A DNA stretch of 34,964 nucleotides from Malacoraja senta (taxonomy: Eukaryota). The notes below the pieces were generated by a model. That model worked only from the letters and a program-made list of their open reading frames with translations. It did not search any database and had not been told where the DNA came from. How positions within the stretch are numbered: the first letter of the stretch is position 1; each line of letters starts with the position of its first letter. Location of the stretch: NCBI GenBank assembly GCA_038087875.1, contig JAXLNO010003911.1, positions 62,001-96,964 of the forward strand. Direction: 5' to 3'. Both the position numbers and the translations under genes were made by a program. Below, piece by piece: positions 21,201 to 32,499 of the stretch.

Positions 21201-21813
21201 AGTCCTCTGGTAGGCTGCTTTTTCTGGCTAATTTGTACGCTTCATCTTTTGTTTTGATACTATCCCTGATTTCCCTTGTTATCCACGGATGCACTACCTT
21301 CCCTGATTTATTTTTTTGCCAAACTGGGATGAACAATTGTTGTGGTTCATCCATGCAGTCTTTAAATGCCTTCCATTGCATATCTAAAATCAACCCATTA
21401 ATAATCAATTGCCAGTCTATCTTGGTCAATTCACTTCTCATACCCTCAAAGTTACCTTTCTTTAAGTTCAGGACCTTTGTTTCTGAATTAACAATGTCAC
21501 TCTCCATCCTAATGAAGAACTCAACCATATTATGGTCACTCTTGCCCAAGGGGCCACGCAAAACAAGACTGCTAATTAACCCTTCCTCATTACTCAATAC
21601 CCAATCTAGAATAGCCTGCTCTCTCGTTGGTTCCTCTACATGTTGGTTTAGAAAACTATACCGCATACATTCCAAGAAATCCTCTTCCTCAGCACCCCTG
21701 CCAATTTGATTCACCCCATCTATATGTAGATTGAAGTCACCCATTATAACTGTTTTACCTTTGTTGCACGCATTTCTAATTTCCTGTTTGATGCCATCCC
21801 CAACTCCACTACT
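18205..21813 (-). mobile_element. 5'-truncated CR1 LINE inserted antisense into L1 ORF1
   Basis: (agaaacat)n tail at 18205. Minus ORFs 18301-18936, 20225-20482, 20487-20909 and 20893-21828 carry CR1 APE and RT motifs. Same subfamily as 3409-5536. Confidence 0.95.
19186..20224. mobile_element. 1039-bp non-autonomous DNA transposon inserted in CR1
   Basis: Terminal inverted repeats tagcaatgttacaaaa / ttttgtaacataccta (14/16) and a 7-bp TSD ttaatat (19179-19185, 20225-20231). Removing it restores contiguous CR1 sequence. Confidence 0.88.
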
Positions 21814-23065
21814 TTGAAGGAAGTCCAAGGAAAACTCTTTGTTACAAGATGAACTTCGTGAACAAAAGGATCAAATTGATATCTTGCGCACCCTGGGACA
21901 GGAGAGAGATTTGAAGATTGAAAAATTGGAACGGAGAATGAATGAAAACACTTCAGCAATACAAGTCTAAAAATATGGACTTAGAAAACAGAAGCCGTCA
22001 TTTGAATTGACGAATTGTTGGTTTGCCGGAAGGCCAAGAAGGAAATAACGTTATAAAATATGCTTCTAAAATGATAAAGGAAACATTCAACATTGAGCAC
22101 AATGAAAACCTTCCGTTCATGGATAAGGCACACAGGATTGGGAAGAAATCCGGTAATAAACCGAGACACTTGATCATTCGGTTTCATTTTTTTCAAATGA
22201 AGAAGAATATTCTCCAGGCAACAAAAAAGTTGGGTGTGGTTGAATATGAAGGATATAAGTTTCGGTTTGTCCCTGATTATAGTTACGAGCTTTTGGAAAT
22301 AAGAAAGACTTTTTATAATGTAATGTCTGATTTGTATAAGAAAAAACTGCGCCCAGCTCTATTATTTCCAGCTAGATTGCGTATTCGGCTTTTCAATGGT
22401 AACTTTCGATTTTTTAACAGTCCTCAAGACGCCTCCAGCTGCGTCTGAAGAGCTACGACGAGGAAGGGGAGTAATTGATAGCTGATTAAGTTATAATTGG
22501 AGATTTACTGTTCCTATTTTGACAACATTTCGTTTGGTAATGATTAAGAATTTAACTGGACGAGTTGTTTTTCTTTTATATATATTCTTTTAAGAATTTC
22601 TTTGTTAATTCGTGTTCCCCTGTCGTTAGACAAACTAAGAGAACGCAGTTCTTGTTTTTCATATTTTGACCTTGGATAATAATAAGCAGCATTCCATGCC
22701 AGTCTGTATTTTTTTTCCTTCTCTCTCAAAGAGATAATAACAAATGTGTTATGACGTAGTGGTTAAATATTATTCATTTTATGCTGAGCGCTGTTACTGG
22801 GAGAGATGGGATTGGGGAGGGGATTAGGTAGTTTGCTGACTGTCTTTTGGTCAGTTTGGGGTTCTACAGGGGTGGGAGGGGGAAAGGGGGAGGGGTCTTT
22901 TGTTCCCTATTTTGTGATCTCCATTTGTGCAAATTCTGAACTACAAAATTGGCTGAAATATCGTCACTTCTGGTTCCGCCCTAGATTTTCCTTCTTCCAG
23001 TATTATGAACTTTTAGGCTTCAAGAAATTAACCCATTACATCCCACATGATTTTTTACAAGCAAT

Positions 23066-26000
23066 ATGGATAAAGTTACTAATTTCCTTTCATGAAATGT
23101 GAATGGCTTGAACCATCCCATTAAGAGGACATTTATTTTTAAAGTTCTTCACAGACTAAATGCTCAGATTATCTTTGTTCAGGAAACTCATGTAAGGCAA
23201 GATGACAAGTCACGATTTTTCAAGTTTTGGAGAAGACAGCAGTTTCATTCAAATTCACAGGCTAAGGTGAAAGGAGTCTCTATTTTTATTGACTCCTCAA
23301 TTCCGTTTGTTCACCATGAAACAATTTCTGATCCATATGGCAGATTCTTGGTGATTACCAGTGTCCTTTATGGGCAAAAAGTCATATGGTGAATGTCTAT
23401 GCACCAAATATTGATCACCCTGAGTTTTTTAAACAGTTAATTGCATCCTTTCCCAATTTAAATGACCACTTTTTAATAATGGGTGGAAACTTCAATTGCT
23501 GTTTGAATCCCTCGATTGATAGGTCTACATCTGATCATGTGCTTCCAAATATATCAGCTAATTTTATTAATTCTTTTTTACTTGACTCGGGAATGTTAGA
23601 AATTTGGAGATTCTTACACGCAAATGACAAAGAATTTTCATTTTTCTCTCATGTATATCATAGTTATTCTAGGATCGACTATTTTATACTAGATTCTCGG
23701 CTAGTTCCATCGGTCATTGCATGTGAGTATGATACAATTGCTATTTCTGATCATGCACCAGTGAAACTATTGATCAAACTACCTGATTCCAAGTTTAGTG
23801 CTAAACAATGGCGATTTAATGCTACTTTGCTTCAAGACTTAAACTTTATTAAGTTTATGAAAGATCAGATTGCTTTTTACTTCTTGACAAACTCTAATGA
23901 TGAGATATCCAATGGTATAGTTTGGGATGCTTTTAAGGCATATATTCGTGGACAAATTATTTCATACTCCGCGGGATTAAAAAAACAAACACAAAAAGAA
24001 ATACGCACATTGGCTGACGAGATTAAAGAAATTGATACAAAATATTCAAAAGCTCCTAGTTTAGAGCTCTATAAGAATAGAGTTGAACTTCAATTGAGAT
24101 ATGATTTGTTATTAGTATCACCGATTGAGAACCAGTTACTTAAAACCAAAAGTCAATTTTATATAAATGACGAAAAATCTGGTAAATTACTTGCTAATCA
24201 ATTGAAGCAGTGTTGGCCAAGCGTCAGATTACAAAAGTGTGTAAACGGGATGGTACAGTAACTGTAGACCATGACGAACTTAATAAATCCTTTCAGGAAT
24301 TTTATACCTCCCTATACCAATCAGATTTTCCTACTGATTCCAATATAATGCATGAGTTTTTAAAGAAACTGAACTTACCAAATTTACCATACAATGAGTC
24401 TCTGTTGTTAGATGAACCCATCACGGAAGAAATAGAGAAAGCAATTTTTTCAATGAATTCTGGTAAAGCTCCCGGTTTAGATGGGTTTACAGTAGAATTT
24501 TTTAAGCATTTCTCAAATTTATTGTCTCCATGGCTATGCAAGGTATTTAAAGAAGCCTTTTTAAGGAATAGATTACCACAATCTTTTTATGAAGCATCTA
24601 TTTCTTTAATTTAAAAAAAAGATAAAGCCCCTACTGAAGTGACATCATATAGACCTATATCACTGTTAAAAGTAGATTTTAAAATTCTTTCCAAAATATT
24701 AGCTATGAGATTGGAAAAGATTTTACCGCAAATTATCTCTGAAGATCAGACAGGTTTTATTAAAAATCGTTACTCATTCTTTAATGTTAGGGGATTAATA
24801 AATATTGTATATACAGCGTCTAATAAAACCCCAGAAAGTGTCATCTCACTTGATGCCGAGAAGGCTATTGATAGAGTAGAATGGAATACTTATTCAATAT
24901 ACTTGAAAAAGTTAAGATTGGTCCAAAATTTATCTCTTGGATCAAACTGATATATCTTATACCTCAGGCTTCTGTATTTACTAATAATCAGAGATCCCCT
25001 TTTTTCAGGCTCTTTCAAGGTACTAGACAGGGCTGTCCCTTAAGTCCTTTACTATTTGATATTGCTTTGGAAACTTTAGCCACTGCTATTAGGGAATCCC
25101 CTAATATTTTTGGTATTGTCCGCGGGAATAAGACACATAAGCTATCTCTTTATGCAGATGATCTGTTATTATTTATTTCTAACTCTGAGAAATCTATTCC
25201 GGCAATAGTAGCATTACTTAATCAATTCAGTAGTTTTTCTGGTTATAAACTAAATCTTAGTAAGGGTGAGCTTTCCCATTAAATAATTTTGTTTCGAGTT
25301 ATGGACAGTTTCCATTTAGATTGACTACTGAAAGTTTTACTTATTTAGGTATTAAGATCACCAAGAAACACAAGGATTTATTTAAAGCTAATTTGATTCC
25401 TTTAATTGACCATATTAAACATCAGTTCACTAAATGGTCACCAATGTCCTTATCCTTAATTGGCCGAATCAATGCTATTAAAATGTTCATTTTACCTACA
25501 TTTCTGTATTTATTTCAGACGATACCAATTTTTATTGCCAAATCTTTCTTTGATATTATAGACTAAAATTTCTTCATATATATGGCAGAATAAAAATCCC
25601 AGACTAGGTAAAAAATACCTACAGAAATCAAAAAAAGTTGGTGGTTTGGCAATGCCGAACCTTAGACTCTACTATTGGGCAGTCAATGTTCGTTATTTAA
25701 CATTTTGGACAAAAGATTTAGAAGATACCCAATGCCCTGGATGGATAAACCTAGAACGTGATTCCTTACAAGGGCTATAATTGGCTTCTATTCTGGGGAC
25801 CTCGTTACCTTTTACAATTACGAGATTGAATAAATATATGACGAACCCAATAATAAGACATACGTTCCGAATACGGTTTCAATTTCGTAAGTTTTTTGGA
25901 CGATCTGATTTTATCCAAATTTCTCTTCCAACCATCTAGTACTGATCAAGTTTTTTTGTTATGGAAGAGGAAGGGAATAGTAGCTTTTCGTGATTTGTTT

Positions 26001-26810
26001 TTGCAGGGTTGTTTTATGTCGTTCGAACAACTCCCCAATAAATATAACTTACCTAATTCACACTTTTTTAGATATTTACAAATTAGACAAAAGGAACTAC
26101 CCCTTTTTCCGCTACCACATCAACCCGAAATTTTGGATTTTTTTTTACAGTTAAACCCTTATCAGAAAGGATTAATAACGACTATTCATGAGTTGATTTT
26201 AAAATTACAAATAGATACATTTGATAAAATTAAGGATGACTGGGAAAGAGAACTCCAAATTTCTTTATCTATAGAGAAATGGGAGAGGATCCTTCAATTA
26301 GTTAATACCTCTTCAATGTATGCAAGATACGCTTTGATACAATTCAAGGTGGTCCACAGAGCTCATATGTCAAAAGATAAGTTAGCTCGTTTTTATGGTC
26401 ATATAAATCCTACCTGTGACAGATGTAACTCTGAAGTGGCATCACTGACCCATATGTTTTGGTCCTGCCCTCTTTTGGAAAAATATTGGAAATACATTTT
26501 TGATACTATTTCGGTAGTCTTAGGTATCGATTTACAACCTCATCCTATTACTGCAATTTTTGGGTTACCAATGTTAGATTCTATTCATTTGTCCCACTCC
26601 GCCCATCGGTTGATTGCTTTTACCACATAAATTGCCAGAAGATTTATTTTCTTTAAATGGAAAGATTCCAACCCTCCGACCACACTCCAGTGGTATTCTG
26701 AAACGATATCATGTTTAAATTTAGAAAAAATTAGAAGTGACATTGTTGAACCCTTGGTTAAATTTGATAAGACTTGGGGAAAATTTATTGAACACTTTCA
26801 TACAACATAA
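23066..26810 (+). pseudogene. L1 ORF2 (APE endonuclease, RT, C-terminal zinc knuckle) with stops and frameshifts
   Basis: S*NVNGLN, QETH, NVYAPN, SRIDYF, SDHAP, KAPGLDGF, YRPISLL, SLDAEKA, TRQGCPLSPLLF, YADDLL and CDRC...THMFWSC. Confidence 0.92.
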
Positions 26811-27296
26811 ATTGTTCCCTCTTTAACCGTTATAAAAAATATTTTACCTTCATAGGGTGGAACGGACTTGACGACAAACAGACTTAAATTGTTGAATTTC
26901 TCAGTTCAGATTCGGTTTTGCTCTGTTTTGTTTTATTTATTTATTTTATTTTTATTCTTATTTTATTATTATCAATTTTTAAAAACGTTTTTTTAGTTTA
27001 GGGGGGTTTTGTTTTTTCTTTTTCTTTTTGTCTTTTTATCTTTGCTTTTTTTTACATTCATGTTTCCTTTTAAAGATTTAGCGATATTTACATAGAGACC
27101 GAGAGGTCTATATTCATTGTGTATTTTGACACTGGTCTCGTATTAGGTTATACCTGTTATTAATGTGTTTAATCCTGATCCCTATATATCAATACCATTG
27201 TTATGATTATCATTATTCTTTTTGCTCTGTTTTTTATGTTTTATTTTTGTTTTTGTTTTTTGGAAAAAAAACAATAAAAAGATTTTAAAAGAAAGG

Positions 27297-27835
27297 TACT
27301 GAATACAAAAGTTGGGATGTTCTGCTACAGTTGTACAACATGTTGGTGAGGCCACATTTGGAGTATTGTGTTAAGTTTTGGTCACTCCACTATCGGAAGG
27401 ATGTCATTAACAGGGCCTGTGATTCAGGGAGAGGAAGAGAATGCTTGGACTTTAGTCCTTGGCACGCAAGAGGCTGAGGGGTGATCTTATAGAAGTTTAT
27501 AAAATCAAGGAGCATAGATAGATTGAATGCACAGAATCTTTTAACCAGCCTTATGTAATCAAGAACCAGAGGACTTAGGTTTAAGGTGAGAAGGAAACGA
27601 GTTACTCGGAACCAGAGGAAGTGGAAATATGGAAGAACATTCCAGGGGAAGGAGTTGAGGCAGGGACTTAAAAAACATTTAGAACACACTTGGACAGGTA
27701 CTTACTGTAGATAGGAAAGGTTCAGTGAGATATGGGTCAATTGCAGGAAAATTGTAGTTTAAACATGGCATCTTGGTTGGCATGGCCAAGTTGAGACAAA
27801 GGGCCCATTTCCATGCCGTATGACTCTATGGCTCC
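27297..27835 (+). mobile_element. Old CR1 3' fragment
   Basis: gtgaggccacatttggagtattgtg and aggggtgatcttatagaagtttataaaat are CR1 RT C-terminal sequence. Confidence 0.8.
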
Positions 27836-28379
27836 GTGGGCTTGAAAAGCCAATTCTTTTTCGTTTCACTGCTAAATGATAGTTAATCACCCTCACTAAT
27901 AGTGACCACAATGGCAGACCCATGACCATGACTGGTTTACAGTGATAATAAGCTAACCATTGCCTCAGTTCAAATATGCATGTCGTTGATGTTCAATGAC
28001 TAAATTGTTGCTGCATTCTTAGTTTTGGCAAGGTTCTGATCTGGGTGCTGGAGCTGTTAGACATCTTGATACCATGAAAGCAGAATCTCAATTTCAGGAA
28101 ATATACTTGCTGAATTGTGTCTCAGACCAGCAATGCCTGGGAACATTGTATTTTGAAGAGGAAATATTACACAACCAAGGCCAAGTGCTCGAGAAAGCTG
28201 CACCTCTGTTATTTCAATGAAAACTCTGCTCTTCATCCATCTTGTCATTTTGATCACCCAGTTTAGTTTATAATATTGTATAACATTTGCAATCAATTCT
28301 CACAGTTTATGACAATTACAGCTGGCGGGAAGATGCATCAGTCAATACCTTCTGTCTTCCAATTTAGTTTATTTAATAG

Positions 28380-28554
28380 AAAGATAGAAACATAAAAAAA
28401 TAGGTGCAGGGATAGGCTATTCGGCCCTTTGAGCCAGCACCGCCATTCAATACAATCATGGCTGATCATCCAAAATTAATACTCCGATCTGGCTTTTTCC
28501 CCATATCCCTTGACTCCCTTAGCCCTAGGAGCTAAATCTAACTCTCTCTTGAAA
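28380..28554 (-). mobile_element. CR1 3' UTR fragment
   Basis: aggtgcaggg...ttcggccctttgagccagcaccgccattcaatacaatcatggctgatcatcc. Confidence 0.8.
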
Positions 28555-28851
28555 ACAGTGATACAGTGTGTAAACAGGCCATTTGTGCCACCAAATCCAT
28601 ACTAACCAGCAATCACCCATTCATAATAGATTTCCCATCCACCCCTACACTATCAGGGTGACTTACCGAGGATGATTACCTGCACACCTGCTCATCTTTG
28701 GGATATGGGAGGAAACCGGAGCTCCCTGAGGAAGCCCACATAGTCACAAGGAGAACGTGCAAACTCCACGTAGACAGTACCCGAGGTCCAGATTGAACCT
28801 GGGTCTCTGGCGTTGTGAGGCAGCAGTTCTACCAGCTGCACTACCATGCTG
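28555..28851 (-). mobile_element. V-SINE / HE1-type SINE
   Basis: gggaggaaaccggagc...ggagaacgtgcaaactccac...gattgaacctgggtc is the reverse of the B box and V domain. Confidence 0.85.
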
Positions 28852-29194
28852 CATTACGTACAAACTCTAAATCCTACACTGACTTTCCCTTCCACTTGTT
28901 ATATTCAACACAATAACTCCTTTACACAGGAGGAAAGTGAACTGCAATTCATCACCTGAATATGTCTTACAACAGTGTGATCACAGGCAAGAAACCAGTG
29001 ATATAGATTACACTAAAACCCTGATCATCCAGCTCTCTTGGGATTTGGGAAATGGTAGAGTTTAAGGACTGCTGCATGTTACTCCAAACATACTTTAATT
29101 CAACTAATTTAAGCACTTGTTGAGCAAGTCAGTGGTTGAGGTGCATCTGTACACTACTATCAGACTTAAGCGGAGGAATACCCATTGTAATTTG

Positions 29195-29275
29195 CCTGAA
29201 GAGTCTCGAACCAGATTGTCACCTCTCCATGGTCTCCAGGGATGTTGCCTGACCTGCTGAGTTACTCTAGCACTG
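29195..29275 (+). repeat. Degenerate copy of the hammerhead-type short repeat
   Basis: cctgaagagtctcgaacc...gatgttgcctgacctgctgagttactctagca. Confidence 0.6.
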
Positions 29276-29335
29276 TCCCTCACAGTCTTTCCCAATCTTA
29301 TAAATCAAAAATAGTCAGCATCTTTCTACATCATA

Positions 29336-29620
29336 AAGAGTCATGGAAATATGCAGCATACAAACATGGCCTTTGTCCCACTGACCTGCACCAACCATTC
29401 ATGTACACTAATCCTATATTTGTCCCACATTGTCATCAGCTCTCCCCACATTGTATCATGCACAATCTAGGGGACAACTAACCTACCAAACAATGTTTTG
29501 GGGATGTGGGAGGAAACCAGAGCATCTGGGGAAACCCACATGGTCACAGGAACAACATGCAAACTCTACAGATACAACAGCCGATGTCGGGATTTAATTC
29601 AGGTCTCTGGCTCTGTGCTG
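29336..29620 (-). mobile_element. V-SINE / HE1-type SINE
   Basis: ggatgtgggaggaaaccagagcatctggggaaacccacatggtcacagg...catgcaaact. Confidence 0.8.
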
Positions 29621-29751
29621 TCCTGTTTCACATTGTAGTCCACCTGTCATGTTGTTGCTCATTCATTCGGCTTTCCACCTTGAACCATTTCTCCCACTAC
29701 TCACATTCCCACTTAATTTGGAGTTTTCCAGCAACAGCAGCCTTGGTGGCA

Positions 29752-30043
29752 GCTACTGTGTGCAGCGGTAGAGTTGCTGCCTTACAGTGCTTGCAGCACC
29801 GGAGACCCGGGTTCGATCCCGACTACTGATGCTGTCTGTACAAAGTTTGTACGTTCTCCCCATGACCGCGTGTGTTTTCTCCAAGATCTAAGGTTTCCTC
29901 CCACACTCCAAAGACGTACAGGTATGTAGGTTAATTGGCTTGGTGTGCGTGTATAGGATAGTGTTAATGTGCGGGGATCGCTGGTCAGTGCAGACTCGGT
30001 GGGCCTAAGGACCTGTTTCGTCACTATCTCTAAATTAAACTGC
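29752..30043 (+). mobile_element. V-SINE / HE1-type SINE with Pol III A and B boxes
   Basis: A-box-like gcagcggtagag, B box gttcgatccc (29811-29820), V-domain body and a ctctaaattaaac tail. Confidence 0.88.
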
Positions 30044-30094
30044 AACCAATCTGCCTCATAGCTGACTTGGATCATGAACAGTGCGAGCCCCCAA

Positions 30095-30410
30095 CAGAGC
30101 AGCACAGTGTCACAACTCGTAGAGCTGCTACCTCACAGCGACACAGACCCGGGTTCAATTTTGACCTTGAGTGCCATCTATGTGGAGTTTGCACGTTCTC
30201 CGTGTACCGCATTGGATCCCTCCAGGGGCTCCGGTTTCCTCACACATCCTAAGATGTGTCAGTTTATAGTTTAATTGGCCACTGTAAATTGCCCCTAGTG
30301 GGTGGGTGACTGGATGAGAAGGTGCAATGAGATAGAATTCATGAGAACAGGTGGTTGGTGGTTGGCATGGACACGGTGGGCCGAAAGGACTGCTTGCATG
30401 CTGTACTTTT
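30095..30410 (+). mobile_element. V-SINE / HE1-type SINE
   Basis: ccgggttcaattttgacc...tgtggagtttgcacgttctcc...ggctccggtttcctcacacatcc. Confidence 0.8.
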
Positions 30411-30660
30411 TAATGACTCATTGATATTTCTAGGATTTGGGGCAGTGAATCCATAATGTATTAAAAAAATTTACACTGAATTCACAATTTTTAAATATCT
30501 GATTATCAGAAACATTTAACAACAGCACAAAGGCTAGTTGACAGTGGTGACTGTCGAGGCATTTCAGGTGTAGCTGCTGCCTTATCCTACTTGAGATCGA
30601 TCATTTCTTCAAGCCCAATACCTTTACTAGCAACAGTGCATCACAATTTTTCCATCTTAC

Positions 30661-30768
30661 CTCTCCTCTTTTTTCTCCACCAAACAATTACTGCCAAGAC
30701 AATAGCCAGCAATATCAGCACACACACGGCAATAAGGCCTATGTGCCTGTCTTTCTTCCTATTTCCTT
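30661..30768 (-). CDS. MHC class I-like heavy chain, connecting peptide and transmembrane exon
   Basis: Acceptor ttatttttcag (30769) and donor g|gtaag (30660). 108 nt, phase 1-1. Translates (E)GNRKKDRHIGLIAVCVLILLAIVLAVIVWWRKKRR, a hydrophobic span followed by a basic stop-transfer cluster. Confidence 0.88.
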
Positions 30769-30851
30769 CTGAAAAATAAGAATGCATAATTTTACAAATC
30801 AATTGTTAAGCTGTGCAGCTAAATAGATGGGCACTGTCTGAAGACTTCAGA

Positions 30852-30946
30852 GTGAAGAAGGGTCTCGACCCGAAATGCCACCTATTCCTTTTCTCTAGAG
30901 ATGTTAACTGACCGCTGAGTTACTCCAGCATTTTGTGTCTATCTTT
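30852..30946 (+). repeat. Hammerhead-type short repeat (Penelope-like pLTR derivative)
   Basis: gtgaaga-a-gggtc-tc-gaccc-gaaa: stem II is intact between core-like motifs. Confidence 0.7.
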
Positions 30947-31261
30947 GGGGCTTTTCAAGGTATATAAGATGATATGGTGTTTTGAATCACGGAGTTCTGC
31001 AGCATGGCAAAGGAACAATATATGTTCTGTACAACTCTATGATATATGGCACCATCACAGCCACAACTTAATTCAAGAAAGAAGGTGAATTGGAAGCAGA
31101 AAGCTTTAACCCTATATAAACTAACATTTGTTTTGGGGAAAATGCTGGATTCCTTTCAATAATGGCAGAACATTTAAGTAATAACTAAACAATAAAGTGC
31201 ATTATCAGGGCATTAACAGGAAAATTGTAGAAATAAAGAGATGCAGATACTGATTTACACA

Positions 31262-31352
31262 AAAGCTTTAGTTTAGTTTATTGTCACATGTATTGAGGTA
31301 AAGTGAAAAGCTTTTGTTTCATGCTAACCAGTCAGTGGAAAGAATATACATA
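31262..31352 (-). mobile_element. Rex-Babar-type LINE 3' tail fragment
   Basis: Reverse complement of the gtgacaataaactaaac tail also seen at about 34219-34235. Confidence 0.55.
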
Positions 31353-31355
31353 ATA

Positions 31356-31560
31356 GACACAAAATGCTGGAGTAACTCAGCGGAACAGGCAGCATCTCTG
31401 GTGAACATGGATTCATCACCTATTCCTTTTCTCCAGAGATGCTGGCTGACCAGCTGAGTTATTCCAGCAATTTGTGTCCATCTTCGGTGTAAACCAGCAT
31501 TTGCAGTTTCTTCTTACACATGGACAGGCGATGTTTCGTTTTGGGACCCTTCTTCAAACT
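31356..31560. repeat. Minus-strand hammerhead-type repeat with a plus-strand copy nested inside
   Basis: The insert 31412-31517 is flanked by acatgga (31405-31411, 31518-31524). The host copy ends in agtttgaagaagggtcccaaaacgaaac on the minus strand. Confidence 0.75.
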
Positions 31561-32499
31561 TTGTTTGAGAAATTGATTAGAATTCTTTGAAAATGCAACA
31601 GGAACCCGTAGACAATGTATATTCGAGCAGCAGGTGTGAAAAGCCTAAAATTCAAAAACAAAATGATGGAAAAGCAGAATAGGTAACAAAATTGGAATGA
31701 GAAACAAAAGAAATACAATATATTGTAGAGATCCAAACGTCGTGAACAAATCAATGTTTTTTTTACAGAAATACAGTTTTGGCACACTCGCGTTTAGTAA
31801 GGACTTGAGCAAAGTTCCTGCCGTTATCGGGCACACCAGTTGACTGGCGATTAACTCATCACCAACTCCCACCAAAACCCTGTCACTCACGTGATAGTCC
31901 CAGCTCCCCTGACGAGGGTTCTAGCAATAAGTGGCCTGACCACCAGATGTCGCCACAATATCTGGATTTTCATAAGATATCTGATCAAGTGTTGCAAAGG
32001 CACATGGCTTATGACATTGGGGGTAATAATTAGCATGAATGGAAAAACAATTAAGAGCAAGCAGAGAGTTGTCTTAAAGGAGTGTTCAGGTTGGGAAACT
32101 GCAACTGCAGGTTGGGAATCATTGCAAGAAAGTGAACTACTTATCGTTGGTATTAAGAGCAGATGAAGGGACTGATGGCGCTGTAGCCTAGATTGCTGAT
32201 GATACATAGATAGGTTGGAAATTAAGTTCTGGAGTATGTCAACAGTCTTCAGAGTGAAACATCAGATTCCTTAGTTGTGCATTGTTCGAGGGAATCTTCA
32301 AAAGTGAACATTTGTGTAGGTTCGTGCAGCATACCTGGAATCAAACTAGTACGATCGCTGTTTGTCAGGCAGTTATATTTTTCGTTGCTGAATCTGTAAC
32401 TTGCGTCCTGGAACTTACTTCATTAGGTTTTGTTTTATTAATGCCAGATGTTTCAAAATACAGAGCAAAGGTTTTTGTATGCTATCCAAACAAATTATA

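Larger units (their letters stand above)
17990..27296 (+). mobile_element. Near full-length L1-clade LINE, disabled, with ORF1 interrupted by a CR1 insertion
   Basis: ORF1 coiled coil starts at 18013 and resumes at 21814, then DLENRSR, IVGLPEGQE, DKAHRIG, PDYS and LLFPARL. ORF2 starts at 23066. AATAAA and an A-rich tail lie at about 27270-27296. The 5' boundary is approximate. Confidence 0.9.

Noticed and set aside
3409-21813. Inversion between the inverted CR1 pair as the explanation for the split DIRS/CR1 junction
   Set aside because: The 2002 junction lies outside the interval and both junctions have the same orientation, so a simple inversion cannot produce the arrangement.
28940-29000. 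Alternative small tail exon (ttttag...gtaaga on the minus strand), and another acceptor near 30588
   Set aside because: Both give an immediate stop in phase 1, and both have weak polypyrimidine tracts and no nearby poly(A) signal that I could identify. They cannot be fully excluded without RNA data.
29752-29830. tRNA gene
   Set aside because: The A and B boxes belong to a SINE head followed by the V-domain body, and no cloverleaf is evident.
31780-32480. Non-repetitive-looking stretch with several short ORFs in the alpha3-TM intron
   Set aside because: No recognisable motif. The one strong donor (about 32417, minus strand) has no open in-phase exon.
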